The notes beneath the pieces were generated by a model that was given only the letters and a program-made list of their open reading frames with translations, was not told where the DNA came from and made no database searches. From the NCBI GenBank assembly GCA_964187785.1, contig CAXLNC010000052.1:62001-126000 (forward strand): a stretch of DNA of 64,000 bases, given 5' to 3'. Shown in pieces: positions 1 to 13,460 of this stretch. Made by a program: the position numbers and the translations under genes. How positions within the stretch are numbered: position 1 is the first letter of the stretch; every line of letters starts with the position of its first letter. Origin of the DNA: Amphiscolops sp. MND2022 (taxonomy: Eukaryota).

Positions 1-1344
1 CCCGTTTTTCCTCCATGTTTGAGCTAAAAACCTCCATGTTTGGGACTGTCACTTCTCACCTTTTGCCTTTTCAGGAGGGTCAGCACTCAAACTTTTGCTT
101 TGTTCAGGAGAAACCTGGGAGGTTTTGTGTCCTGAACAGGAGGAAAACCCCAGGTTTCAGGAGTGTTTTAGAGACACAACCGTCAGAAAAGAGCACGAAA
201 AAGCACCTTGAAAGCATCGTAAATGGCACCGAAAAGCTTTCTGAACAGCTCCCAAAGCCTAGAAAAGCATCAGTGATGCTGAAAAAGGGCTCTAAATGCT
301 GCACAAATGCTCTCATAACGTCACAGTGGCCACCTAAAAGCTGAGAATCTGTAGGCCACATTTCGACTACCACGAATGCACTCTTTTCAACGTTCATGCT
401 CATGGACATGGTTTGAACCATCATTACGCCTTCTGTTGTGCATAAATGTCTGTTGAACAAGAGAAAATGCAACAGCAAAATGGTGATAAGCAGATGAGCC
501 TTGCAGCGAGAGTGGCCATTTGCAAGTTTTTTTGGCAATCATGAGCATTATTGTTCATTCATCCTTTCATCTTCAAACGGTCTCTTCGCATGGCGAAAGA
601 AAGTCTCAGATTGGTGGAATGCAAGTAGCCATTTCAGTGGTGTTGCCTGAACACGCTCGATTGCCACTTTGAGCGCGTTGCTGAGCATCATTCTCAAAGC
701 CATGCTCTTCTCAGAGCCTGCAATAAGAGGAGAAGACTGATTTTGAGGTTTCTTCCCCTTCCCCACCCTCGGTCCATGCAATTGATGCTAAAAGCAACAT
801 TTTTGGCCATTTTGCATCCACCCTCAGTTTTCCCGAGGCAAAAGGCAACCAAATCACAGAAGTCCAAGAAAAATGCTGCCCAACCACGCCCTGAACTAGA
901 AAAATGGTCAAAAAACCGGTCCCAAAAAAGGGGGGGCCTGAAACGCGACAGCCCCCTAAAATTTATATTTCTATCTCTAGATTAGATCTAATCTTGAGAT
1001 TGCTTTACTCAGTGCAGGCTCTAGAGGTTTATAGAGCTTCATTAGGGTTTGGGGTTCCAAAAACGACCGAAATCTCAGCAGCAGCAGCAGCAGCAATTCA
1101 GCAGCAGCAAAAGCAACCTGAAAAGACAAACTCAAAAAGACAAACTCTCTCGGTAATCTAAAGGAGTTTTGACGATAACTCTCGGCGGCAGACATCCTAA
1201 AAGCAAAGCTCGAGATGATAGCTCTCCACGGCTGGTAATGTAAAGGCGAGACCTAGCACCACCACTCTTCACGGCTGACATCCTAAAGGCAAAACTCCAC
1301 ACAACGACTCTCCATGGCAGACATCACTCAAAAGTGATAGTGAA

Positions 1345-3075
1345 TTGCGTACGATTGCTTCATTTGAGTCATGAAACTATTGACGCTTAATTCCTTACTG
1401 GTCGTGAGGTGGCTTTCTTGAAGACTCCCCAACATAGGGTTTAAAATAGAAACTATGGTGATGATGATAAGTGAGTGATGTCAAAACCGAAACTCTTAAA
1501 AACATAAATCTTAATACTCGAAGCTTCGATTCACATACGATTGCTTCATTTTAGTCATGAAACTTTCGGCGCTCAATTCCTTATTGGTCCTACGCGTGGA
1601 GAGGGGGGTCAGGTGGCTTTCTTGAGGACCTCCCCAAAATAGGGTTTAAAACAGAAACTATGGTGACGATAAATGAATGGTGTAAAAAGAGAAGCTCGGT
1701 TGTTCAAATCTTAAAACACGAAACTTCGATTGACTTATTGACTGCATCATTTTAGTCATGAAACTTTCCACATTCAATTCCTTATTGGTCGTACGCGTGG
1801 AGAGGGGGGTCAGGTGGCTTTCTTGAGGACCTCCCCAAAAGTTGGTTTAAAACATAAACTATATGGTGATGATAATAAGTGAGTGATGTTTAAAACCGAA
1901 ACTCTTAAAAACGTAAATCTCAAAACTCGAGGCTTCGATTGACATACGATTGCTTCATTTTAGTCATGAAACTTTCCACATTCAATTCCTTATTGGTCGT
2001 ACGCGTGGAGAGGGGGGTCAGGTGGCTTTCTTGAGGACCTCCCCACAAAAGGGTTGAAAATAGAAACTATGGTGATGATGATAAGTGAGTGATGTTAAAA
2101 CCGAAACTCTTAAAAACGTAAATCTTAAGACTCGAAGCTTCGATTGACTTATTGACTGCGTCATTTTAGTCATGAAACTTTCGGCGCTCAATTCCTTATT
2201 GGTCGTACGCGTGGAGAGGGGGGTCAGGTGGCTTTCTTTGAGGACCTAGTTGGTTTAAAACATAAACTATGGTGATGATAATAAGTGAGTGATGTTTAAA
2301 ACCGAAACTCTTAGAAACGTAAATCTCAAAACTCGAAGCTTCGATTGACATACGATTGCTTCACTTTAGTCATGAAACTATTGGCGCTCAATCCTTATTG
2401 GTCCTACACGTGGGGAGGGGGGGTCAGGTGGCTTTCTTGAGGACCTCCCCAAAATAGGGCTTAAAATAGAAACTATGGTATAAGTGCGTGATGTTTAAAA
2501 CCGAAACTCTTAAAAACGTAATTCTCAAAACTCGAAGCTCGATAGAGCTTCATTGCCTCGTTTTAGTCATGAAACTATTGGCGCTCAATTCCTTATTGGT
2601 CGTGCGCGTGGAGAGGGGGGTCAGGTGGCTTTCTTGAGGACCTCCCCAAAATAGGGCTTAACATGGAAACTATGGTGATGATAATAAGTGAGTGATGTTA
2701 AAACCGAAACTCTTAAAAAAAATCTTAAACTCGAAGCTCGATAGAGCTTCATTCTTCATTTTAGTCATGAAACTATTGGCGCTCAATTCCTTATTGGTCG
2801 TGCGCGTGGGGAGAGGGTTCAGGTGGCTTTTTTGAGGACCTCCCAGAAGTTGGTCTAAACATAAAACTACGTTAATGATGACAAGTTGTAGAGGAGAAAC
2901 TCGGTTGTTCAAATCTTAGAACATGAAACTTCGATAGACGTACGATTGCATCATTTCAGTCGGGAAACTTTCGACACTCAATTTCTTGTTGGTCGTGCGT
3001 GGCGAGGCGGGGTCAGGTGGCTTTCTCAAAATAGGATGTAAAAAAGAATCTATGGTGACCACAAATGAGCGAGAA
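1345..3075. repeat. Tandem array, ~200-bp unit, ~9 copies
   Basis: The anchor TTAGTCATGAAAC or a variant recurs at ~1364, 1551, 1752, 1960, 2166, 2366, 2563, 2761, 2956 (spacing 187-208). Units share TTCCTTATTGGTCGTACGCGTGGAGAGGGGGGTCAGGTGGCTTTCTTGAGGACC. The end units are the most diverged. Confidence 0.95.
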
Positions 3076-3308
3076 AAAAAGTGAATCTTTTGATATAGCC
3101 GGTTGAACGAAATCAATCACGAATCTACTAAGCTTCAACTTGTGCTGCCAGCCTCACTGTGAGCAGATGCAGATGCATGTTCTTAGGCCTACAGTCAGTT
3201 CAATTACCGCCGAGTTTTTTTTTTTCTGATAGCTTGACTTGCGCAAACAGCAAAAACTTGAACCTTGACGGCCAAAGCTTGGTGGACGTACTGAACCATA
3301 TTGTTGTC

Positions 3309-3381
3309 GCTCCTGTGGCCTAATGGATAAGGCGCCTCCCTCCTAAAGGGGAGTTTGCGGGTTCGAGTCTCGCCAGGAGTA
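3309..3381 (+). tRNA. tRNA-Arg (anticodon CCT)
   Basis: Cloverleaf: acceptor GCTCCTG/CAGGAGT, D-arm GCCT-AATGGATA-AGGC, anticodon loop CT-CCT-AA, T-arm GCGGG-TTCGAGT-CTCGC. The anticodon stem CCTCC/AGGGG has one C-A mismatch and one T-G pair. Confidence 0.9.
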
Positions 3382-3651
3382 GTTGATGGTTTGAACAGGT
3401 TCAGCATGATTGCGTCGTGCTTACATTCCGTGCAGAAAATATTCACGCAAGTGCCACCACTGTCAGTCGCTAATGGTTTGCATCTTTTTTTTTACACGGC
3501 TGGTAATCTGAAAGGCAAAGCTCACACTCCGGCTGTTCAGGCGCAGCTCAAATGACCCACAGCTCGTATGACTAATCATGACTCTAAAATTGAAACTCAT
3601 GTGAAATATTGAAGGTGAAACTCCTCCACGCCTGGGAATCTAAAAGCAAAA

Positions 3652-3726
3652 CTGAACCAGGCACCATCTGATCTCTGCACAAAGTCTACAGTCAGATGCT
3701 CTGCCAACTGGGCTGGAAAAAACCGG
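3652..3726 (-). pseudogene. Intron-containing tRNA-Tyr(GTA) pseudogene
   Basis: The minus strand reads CCAGCCCAGTTGGCAGAGCA-TCTGA-CT-GTA-G-(actttgtgcagag)-A-TCAGA-TGGTGCCTGGTTCAG. D-arm, anticodon arm with an insert after position 37 and GGTTC are present; the T-arm 3' side and the acceptor stem are broken. Confidence 0.65.
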
Positions 3727-4149
3727 CCAAGCTTCAATTTGTGCTGGCCTCACTATTAGGCCAAGGGGACTTGAATTGCTTTCTTTTCCAAGCAGTTTAC
3801 TTAGATGACATCATGACAACATGCCACAAGATGCCTTGACCACTGGCCGATGCAGGCAGATGATGAAGCTCTATTTTATGAAGTCTTAATTGAGCTTACT
3901 TATGGTTTGGGGTCCTGCAAAAAGGGGGTCCGGACGTCGACTGGGCAAGAAAAATGGGCCAAAACGCTTTGTTTTCCGAGTGATGGGGGGGTTCCCGGGG
4001 TGGTTCTTTTTCGCCGACTGGGAATCTGACTGAGCAGAGCAGCAAAACGACCAGGTTAGGGAAACCTTAAAACTTTTTTTTGAATGAAAAAAGGCCTCAA
4101 ATCCCTATGGTTTTCTGCCTTTTTTAAAAATCTGAAATTTCGATTTAAA

Positions 4150-5880
4150 GCTGCCAAGTTGATTTAAAATTTTGAAGCTGTTTTTTAAATGGTGCTATGT
4201 TTCAAGGGGGTTCCGGGGGTTCCGCTTTAAAACCTGTAAATTGGATTGAAATGACATGAGCATGAACGATTTAAAACTCGGCATTTAAAAGCACTCTTTA
4301 AAAGAGGCTTGCCTTTTAAATTTTTAAAGTTGCAACCGTTTTAATCCATGTTTTAATTGTTAAATCAGACCCTCCAATTTCTGTGCTTAAAATGAGAAGC
4401 TCTCGCATTCAAGTTCTTACCAGAAAGTGGCTCAAAGAGGCTTCCGAGTCGCTTCCCAAGCGTCCTCTCAGAGAGGGCGTTTGGACAGGCAAGTTCTAGA
4501 CTAAACGTGCTGCTTAAGTTTAAATGAACCTTGCTGTGAAAAGGCTCTTTTTAAAACATGACATCATAAAGTTTGATTGAATTTAAAGCTGTCAAGGGGT
4601 CTAAAATTCGCAAGCTGTTTTCTTTTTTAATGGTGCTACGTTTCAGGGGGTGCCGGGGGGTCCGCTTTGAAACTGAATTGACTTGACATGAGCATGAGCG
4701 ATTTAAAGCTCGGCATTTAAAATGCATTCTTTTAAAAGAGGCTTGTCTTTTAAATTCTTCAAATTGCAACCATTTTAAATCCATGTTTTAAATCAGACCC
4801 TCCAATTTCTGTGTTTTGCTCAAAGAGGCTTCCGAGTGGCTTCCCAAGGGTCTTCTCAGAGAGGGAGTTTGGACAGGCAAGTTCTAAACGAAACGTGCTG
4901 TTCAAGTTTAAAGGGTTCCGCTTTAAAAGTGAATTGACTTGACATGAGCATGGACGATTTAAAGCTCGGCATTTGAAATGCACTCTTTGAAACGAGGCTT
5001 GCTTTTAAAATTTCAGAATTACAACCATTTAAATCCATGTCTTAAATCACACCCTCCAATTTATGTGCTTTAAAAGGAGAAGCTCTCGCATACAAGTTCT
5101 TACCAGAAAGTGGCTCAAAGAGGCTTCCAAGTGGCTTCCCAAGCGTCCTCTCAGAGAGGAGTTTGGACAGGCAAGTTCTAGACTAAACGTGCTGTTTAAG
5201 TTTAAATGAGCCTTGCTGTGAAAAGGCTCTTTTTAAAATATGACATCATAAAGTTTGATTGAATTTAAAGCTGTCAAGGTGTTTTAAAATTTGCAAGCTG
5301 TTTTCCTTTAATGGTGCTATGTTTCAAGGGGTGCCGAGGGGTTCCGCTTTAAAACTGAATTGACTCGACATGAGCATGGACGATGAAAAAGCTCGGCATT
5401 TAAAATGCACTCTTTTAAACGAGGCTTGCCTTTTAAAATTCAAATTGCAGCCATTTTAAATCCATGTTTTAAATCACACCTTCCAATTTCTGTGTTTTAA
5501 ACGGAGAAGTTCTCGCATTCAAGTTCTTACCAGAATGTGGCTCAAAGAGGCTTCCGAGTGGCCTCCCAAACGTCCTCGAGTTTTGGACAGGCAAGTTCAA
5601 AACGAAACGTGCTATTTAAGTTTAAGTGAGCAGTGCTGTGAAAAGGCTCCTTTTTAAGATATGTTTTGTTTTTTAATGGTGCTATGTTTGAAGGGGTGCC
5701 GGGGGGGGGGTTCCGCTTTAAAACTGAATTGACTTGACATGAGCATGGACCATTTAAAACTCGGCATTTAAAATGCACACTTTTAAACGAGGCTTGCCTT
5801 TTAAAATTTTAAATCGCGACCATTTCAAATCCATGTTTTAAATCACGCCCTGCAGTTACTGTGTTTTAATGAGAAGTTCT
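4150..5880. repeat. AT-rich tandem array, ~440-bp unit, ~4-5 copies with internal deletions
   Basis: GGTGCTATGTTTCAAGGGG..GGGTTCCGCTTTAAAA..GACATGAGCATG..CTCGGCATTTAAAA recurs at ~4192, 4632, 4915 (partial), 5315, 5678. Confidence 0.9.
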
Positions 5881-6444
5881 CGCACTCAAGTTCTTACCTG
5901 GGGGTGGCTCGGAGGTGGCCTTCGAGCGGTCCCGCTCAGACAGGGATCGGACAGGCAGTTTTAAAACCAAACATGCTCTTTAGAATCCAAATGAACCTTG
6001 CATTTAAATGGCTCAGAAAACATGAGATGAACCTTGCGTTTCAAAGGATCATGTGGTCCGACTGATCTAAATTGCAACCTTTTAAAAGGAAGCAGANNNN
6101 NNNNNNNNNNNNNNNNNNNNNNNNNNNNNNNNNNNNNNNNNNNNNNNNNNNNNNNNNNNNNNNNNNNNNNNNNNNNNNNNNNNNNNNNNNNNNNNNNNNN
6201 NNNNNNNNNNNNNNNNNNNNNNNNNNNNNNNNNNNNNNNNNNNNNNNNNNNNNNNNNNNNNNNNNNNNNNNNNNNNNNNNNNNNNNNNNNNNNNNNNNNN
6301 NNNNNNNNNNNNNNNNNNNNNNNNNNNNNNNNNNNNNNNNNNNNNNNNNNNNNNNNNNNNNNNNNNNNNNNNNNNNNNNNNNNNNGCTGCTCAGACTCGT
6401 GCATTTTTGATGGAGCCTGCGCGCACACACACGCACATCACTTG

Positions 6445-7804
6445 TCAGTCAAGACGGCAATTCAAAGTTTCTTTGCGGTGGCGGCGAATCTGGTACGTGT
6501 GCGGGAAGAAGCGCAACTGGTTAAGCTCGAAATTGGCATGGTCAAGGTCAGCTTTCAGCTTCTTGTTGGCTTTCTCTAACTTGGCAATCTTAGTGGCGAG
6601 TTCGAGTGGACTGGCGTACTCCACTCGACGCGCCTTTCCCCGCTCGACTCGCTTCATGACACCGGTGCGCTCCAGCAGCCTGACCTCATCTCTCAAGGCA
6701 GCCTTCCGCTTGTGCAAACACGTTGGGCCACCTTGCTGCTCGCTTGCCCACGGCCTTCCCGCAATCTTGGCATTGCCCCAACCTTGAAGTGCTGACTTGC
6801 GCTTTATTGCAAGCTGCAGCCTCACAATCCTTGTTGCAACAGTAACCACGACCGCGTCCATGCAGGGCCTCTCCGCATCCATCGCACACACGTCTGGTGC
6901 TGATCCTTGCAACACATGGGTCTCGCACGCACTTCTGTGGCTTCGGCAATGGCTTGCTCTGCCACCGCTTAATCTCTCGAGAGACCACAGTCTTGAGGCG
7001 GCTTGGGCGGACTGCTGGAAACTCGGCCCTGATAGTGCTGAGGATGGTTTTCTCGTTCCATCCTTCGTCATAACCGAGAATCTCTTGGATCCTCAAAGCA
7101 TAGTCTGCAAAGACTGGCGGCTCCTCAGTGTTTGCAGCCAAATCAGGATCAGACCTGACATCGTCGTTGTCAGCTCGAGAGACAGCGGCCTCTTGGTGTC
7201 GCCTCTCTATAGCCGCTGGCATTTCGTCTTCACCTGCGAGAGTGGGTGTATCTTAGGGGGGGACATGATCATTTGTGCGCTTTCTCATTGAAAGTCGATA
7301 AGATTTTCATAAGTCTTCCTCGGGTCACCTGCGGACACCGCTGAGTCTGAGCCCTTTGCTCGCACTCGCTGGACAAGGAGATCGTAGTGGTTCACTCCAT
7401 TGTAGAGAAGATGTATGCAATGAGCATCCTCAGAAACGCTAGGATGTGTTGCTTGATACTTACGCTGTAGCTTCGTGTCATGGACAATGACTTGCCTGTT
7501 GGTCATCTTGGAGAACGCCCACTATGACCATGTGGCCACCATACTTCTCTGGGTCTGCAGCGAGCTTACTAGCTTCTTCTGACCACAAGCGCCCATCATC
7601 ACCTTCGAGTGGTGCTTGATCCAACAGGTATTCAATGATAGCAGCACGCAGAGAAGCTGCCTGGCCAACTGTGGGAACGGCTTCTGAGAGAGCATGGAAA
7701 AGGCATAGTCCATCGCCTGGCACGCGGAGAGTATCCATGTGGCCTGGCACTTCTGCTTCAGGTTCTGCCATCCGAGCGTCAACCCTGGACGAAATTTGGG
7801 ACAT
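6445..7804 (-). pseudogene. Frameshifted copy of the OTU/zinc-finger gene (intron 7234-7328)
   Basis: Same sequence as 21680-23037 but with single extra C bases near 7519 and 6729 that split both exons. These could be real mutations or base-calling errors. Confidence 0.7.
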
Positions 7805-10800
7805 GTCAACAACTGCAACTGCAAGGAGGGGTGGGAGGTGCTTGAGCTAAGGGGCTGCGGCTGTCTCTAGAGTGGACTGATACATAGGAGAGATCTTCGC
7901 GTGTGCCGAGCCAAGGGAACATCAGCTCCACCATGAAGAAGGGAAGGCTGAACACCACACACACACAACTGCACAGGAACGGATATGTGCCGCACATGCG
8001 CTCACAATCTGCAGCAGATAGATGTGTGAAGGGTCTACAAATGGGAGGGATGACAAAACTGAAGGAGGGCGATGTCTACGCACACCGAATCTCCACAAGG
8101 AAGAGCTTCTTTCCCACTGACTCTTGAGAGGTTGGTGGTCAGACTGATCACACAGGCACAGGCTCTTCACAATGCAATGAATCCTAAGCATGCCGACGCG
8201 AAGTACATTAAGACGAACTCTTATCAGACACACCTGCCCTTCAGAATAGAGAATCTACTACATCGCGCTGGTCCCCATAAACAAGCCACCTCAGTATATG
8301 TCAAAACGGTGGAAAACAGACCCCGAAAACAAACAGACCCCCAAAACACAAGTTCAGCAAACGAGCTTCACCAGCAATCTCCCGAAAACATTTTCTTGCG
8401 ATGGTGTGGTTCAACCTCAACATGGCTAATGTAAATTTAATCTTGCACGTTTTGTCGCTGCTCAAGGATAGCTACATGTGCATGTACATGCATATATACT
8501 ATAAGTAAAGTCTCTATGTATATGAAGATACGTATATTACATATAGTATTATTATACACATATCGCTTGATTGGGATGTGTGTGTGGGGGGCGTCCAGAA
8601 ATGCAGCCGCCCACTTCCCAAGACAGATGCATCCAAAAGGTAAGGTGCACAGTGTGTGAGGGCCAATTTCTCAGAACTTTGCCTCACATCCAAGAATGAT
8701 TCTTTATAAAGGGAGGGGGGGGGGGTTATGGTTTTTTTTGCTCCAAGTGTCTTGAATTGTTTATAAGAAATCACCCCAGAAACAAACACATTACAACTGC
8801 CAAATACAATGCGTTTCTGTCCTTATTCTTGNNNNNNNNNNNNNNNNNNNNNNNNNNNNNNNNNNNNNNNNNNNNNNNNNNNNNNNNNNNNNNNNNNNNN
8901 NNNNNNNNNNNNNNNNNNNNNNNNNNNNNNNNNNNNNNNNNNNNNNNNNNNNNNNNNNNNNNNNNNNNNNNNNNNNNNNNNNNNNNNNNNNNNNNNNNNN
9001 NNNNCACCTTAGCAAAAGGAGGGGGGGGGGGGTTAACAGTAGGGTCTCGGGCACAAAACCAAAACGGCGTGCCTGATCCCTACGGGTAGCCACCCCGCCC
9101 CCCCCCGAGAGAATGAAAATGAAGATGAGGCGATGAATTGCACAAAAAGGAAAAAAGGAACAAAAAAGGAGACAAGGAGTAGAAAGGAGAAAATAAAGAG
9201 AGAGGGCAACAAAAAAAGGAGGCCTAAAAAGAGATATAGAGAGAGAAGGAGAGAATGAACAGAAGGAAAAAATGAGAAACAAAGGAACTTTTTCCTACAA
9301 ATTAACGAAAGTTAAACAACCAAACATTTTTCTCTGTAAGAGGTTTTTTCTTGATGCTCATGTTTTCAAATCGCGCGATTGGAGTTCTGAGGTTTTTTTT
9401 TTTAATGTTTGCATGTGTTCTTTTCAGAACCATCTCGTCCGGTATCGTCTTCCCTCCGCGCAAGAGCGACTTGGTCAAGGCCCCCCCTTAAGAACTCTTC
9501 TGCAATAAGAACCATGACCGGTTTTCTCCGCACTTTTGGACGAGCGATTTCATTTGAAAAACCATTTTTTATGAAATATTTCTCGAAAACGAGCTTTTCT
9601 TTGAAAAATCCTTTTTTTTAATGCTAGTTTTTTGTTTTTAAACTTTTTGGGGGGGACAATATTTTTAGTTTTCGATTTTTTGGTAACAAAATATTTGACA
9701 TTTTTGAAATATTTAAACTAGTTTTGAACAATATTTGAGAAATATTTTTTGAAAACTAATGTTCTGAAAAAAACAGAATAACAGGTCATGTTTCTTAGTG
9801 TAGGAGGGTTCTTAAGGGCGACCTGCATCATATCGATCTATCATAATCATCCCATTTTTAAGATAAAGTTGGTGGCCCCCTCACTCCGATCAGGGGGAGG
9901 GGGACGAAAATCCCAGCCCTTCAACAGGGATGTCCGGAAATCGGGGGCGCAGGATGATGGAGGATGAGAGGGGGGGGGGTCTGGGGGAGGGGTCTAGGTA
10001 GCAGAGCCAGAGGGAAGAACCTCAGCCTGCTTACGCAGCCCAACGCTACCCCCCTCCTTCCAAGGGCCCATGTTTACCATCCGCCCTCACATCGGAGGGG
10101 GGGGGGCACACCTTGAGGGGAGGGGGGTAGAGTTGCGGTAGCGGTAGGGAGCGGCTAAACTCCCCAAGCCCTTGCCCCCAGTTGTGTTGCTTGCCGCGTT
10201 CTCCGCCTACCTTTTTATGGTGGAGCCCGGCAAGCAATACAGGTGGGGTGGGGGTGCTATTGGGGGTTTTTGCCTGCCCCCGCCCCGCCTCTTCACTCAG
10301 GATTGCCGTGCCGCACCAAGAGCGAGAAGGTGGGGGAGGGGACAGGGAAGATCGTCGTAAGGCTTCCTTCTACCCCCCTTCCCCTGGTGCCGCCCCGGAG
10401 AAAAAGGCGCCAGGGGAAGGGCGGTGGAGGGGGGGGGTAATCAGTTCCCAATACCAAACTCGCCCTTACCCCTCCCTGTTCCCATTTTTGGCACTGACCT
10501 AAGCCCTAAACGGTCAGTGCCTGGACGGGAGTGGGCAGGAGTCCCCATATGACTGACAAAAATACGACTCCAAACAAACAAGCTTAGGACACTTGATTTC
10601 ATATTTAATGATCTGAGGCAAAAGGTCTTGCGATCAGCGGGGTGCAGATGCAGAATGAATACAAGAACATTAGAGAATACCCTTCTGTCCATTGATTTAT
10701 GATTTGGGCAAACCCTCCCAGCAATCAGCTTTCTGATGAAGACAAAATCACAAGAGTCAATGTGTCAGGGAATTGTTTTCAAAATATCAACTTTTCCACA

Positions 10801-11199
10801 TGCCGAAACTCAGTGAAACCAACAAAGGTTTCTGAACTAAATTGAAACGCTCTGGCAAAAGATGCGGTATGGAACCTCCATCGGAATCGATCAATTGATC
10901 TTATTTTTTTAGTGGAAAGGCTCTGGCAAAAGATGCGGTATGGAACCTCCATCGGAATCGATCAATCGATCTCATTTTTTGTGGTCCACCACTTGTATCT
11001 GTAACTCTCATTCTCCTTGTTCGTGGGCCTTAGTTTGGGAGTTGGAAAAACGAACGGTTCGAACCTGCATTTGTCGTTCCAAACAACTTGTCAGACACAT
11101 GCTTGTTTGCATATATTGTTTGGAGACAGAAGGTGCATATACAGCTGTAAGATTGTCAGCAAAAAAGCACTCTTTCACCTCAGCACCCTATTAAAAAGG

Positions 11200-13460
11200 T
11201 TCTTGGGTCGATGTTCTCAATTTTCATGTCCAAATTCTTGGTACATTCGATGTTGCGACTTTTGTGTGCACATTTATTTCCAAAAACTGACACCAAATCG
11301 ATGTTTTCGATCTTGTGTCCTAATTTCATTCTCAATGAAAGGGCAAGATCGAAGACATTGATTGGAACCACTTTTCCATTCGATGTTTTCGATTTGTGTC
11401 CTTGTTTCCCCAAAATTTGGTCCATTCGATGTTTTCGATTTTGTGTCCAACATTTTCATCAAAGGGCAAAATGGAGAGCACCGAGTAGACCCAATTTTTT
11501 GGGCAGAAAAATTGGGTCCATTCGATGCTTTCAATTCAAGAGACTTGGGTCCATTCGATCTTGTCATTTTTTTGTCCAAGATGTTTCTAAAAGGCAAAAT
11601 CGAAAAATTGAACAGGCCCAACATAAAAAATACTGCATTTTCACCCTCTTTTTGGACCCGAAAAAATGGAGAGCGGGTAGACCCAAATCTTTGGGCAGAA
11701 GACCTTGGGTCCATTCGATGCTTTCAATTCAAGAACCTGGGTCCATTCGATGTTTTCAATTTTGTGTCCAAAATGTTTCTAAATGCAAAATTCGAAAACA
11801 TCGAACGGACCCAACATCTCTTGAAAAAAGGGCAGCATTTCCCCCTCTTTGTATACCCAACAAAATGGAGAGCATCGAGTAGACCCAATTTATTGGGCAG
11901 AATAATTTGGGTCCATTCGATGCTTACAATTCAAGAAACTTGGGTCCATTCGATGTTGTCAATTTTTTGTCCAAATGTTGTCTAAAGGCAAAACCGAAAA
12001 CATCGAACGGACCCAATTTTTTTTACAAAAAAAGGCAGCATTTCCCCCTCTTTATGCCCGTTTGTGTCCCATTTCTGTCAGGACCCAAAAAAGTTTTTAC
12101 ACAATAACGGGCAGCATTTCCTCGTCAGGGTTTCCCCGGGCGACGTCGGGTGAGGGAGGGGGGCGGGCGGGGGCCAAATTCAAGTGGTGCATCTGATAAG
12201 AAGGGGGTCCCCGAAGCCCCCCTTGTTATCAGACGTTGCGCAGGCGACGTCTGATAAGAAAGCTGGCCGGCCAGCTCAGTTATCAGACGCTCCATGGCAT
12301 GCGTCGGGTAACTTCGCCCTCCGGCAGACTTTCTTATCAGGCGTTGCGCGGGCGATGTCTGATAAGAAGGGGGGGCTTCAGGGACCCCTTCTTATCAGAC
12401 GCACCGCCCGTTCCAAGAGCTGCGTCAGGGTTGCGCGGGGCGACGTCGGGTAAGGGGGGGCGTTCCCGCGCGACGTCGGGTAAGGGTGGGCGTTCCCCGT
12501 GCGACGTCGGGTCAGGGGAGGCGTTCCCCGCGCGACGCGACGTCGGGTAAGGGGGGGGGGTTGTTCCCGTGCGATGTCGGGTAAGAGGGGGCGTTCCTTG
12601 GCTCTGCTTCAGATTTTTTTTTTTTTTGGGGGGGGGTAGGTGTGTTTGGGGGGATTTGCGGCATAAAAGAGGGGGAAATGCTGCCCGTTTTTTTTGTGAA
12701 AAATATTTTGGGTCCATTCGATGTCGTCGATTTTGCCTTCAGAAACATTTGTGGGGCAAAAGTGTGTGACATCGAATGGGCCCAAGTTTCTTGACAGAAA
12801 TGAGACACAAAAATTGAAAGTATTCGGGTATAAAAGAGGGGGAATGCTGCCTGTTTTTTTTTTAGATTGGGCCCCGTTCGATGTTTTCGATTTTGAATTT
12901 GGAAAACATTTTGAACAAAAATTGACAACATCGAATGGACCTTTGTTTCTTGAATTGAAAGCATCGAGTAGACCCAATCTTTCTGCCCCCCCAAAATGGG
13001 TCTACTCGATGCTCTCCATTTTGTCGGGTATACAAAGAGGGGGAAATGCTGCCTCTTTTTTTTTCAAAACATTTTGGGTGCGTTCGATGTTGTTGATCTT
13101 GCCTTTAGAAACATTTTGGACAAACAATTGACATCGAAAGGACCCAAGCTGGAATGGACACAAAATCGAAAACATCGAATGGACCCAAGTGTTCTGCCCC
13201 AAAAGTGGGTCCAACAATGTTTTCGATCTTGCCCTTTCATAGACAAGGAAACGAAAGACACAAAAACGAAAACATCGATTTTGTATCACAACATCCAATG
13301 GACCAAGAATTTGGACACAAAATTGAGAGCATCGAATGGACCCAATGTTTCTGGGCAAGCTTGGGTCCATTTGATGTTCTTGATCTTGCCAGTTGATTAA
13401 AAAATTAGGACACACAATCGAAAGTAATTGCCTGAACATTTCATGTTTGGTATCGTGTTT
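11200..13460. repeat. Internal subrepeats of the foldback arms (~200-bp units built from GGGTCCATTCGATGTTTTCGATTTTGTGTCC and its inverse)
   Basis: The motif occurs many times in both orientations in 11200-12060 and 12660-13460. Confidence 0.9.
12061..12659. other. GC-rich spacer of the foldback: tandem TCTGATAAG..CTTATCAGA hairpins and CGACGTCGGGTAAGGGGG repeats
   Basis: Three inverted pairs in 12200-12400 and about six direct ~30-bp repeats in 12140-12600. Confidence 0.85.

Larger units (their letters stand above)
3866..11132 (+). repeat. Segmental duplication, copy 1
   Basis: Near-identical to 19124-26620 from AAGCTC..ATTGAGCTTACTTATGG to TGGAGACAGAAG. Confidence 0.95.

Noticed and set aside
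104-985. Minus-strand ORFs at the window start as a gene or transposase remnant
   Set aside because: Somewhat protein-like, but no motif or consistent splice model could be supported.
5961-6579. ORFs spanning N runs (also 8757-9089, 21196-21814, 26401-26960, 46655-47221)
   Set aside because: Their length is an artefact of translated Ns.
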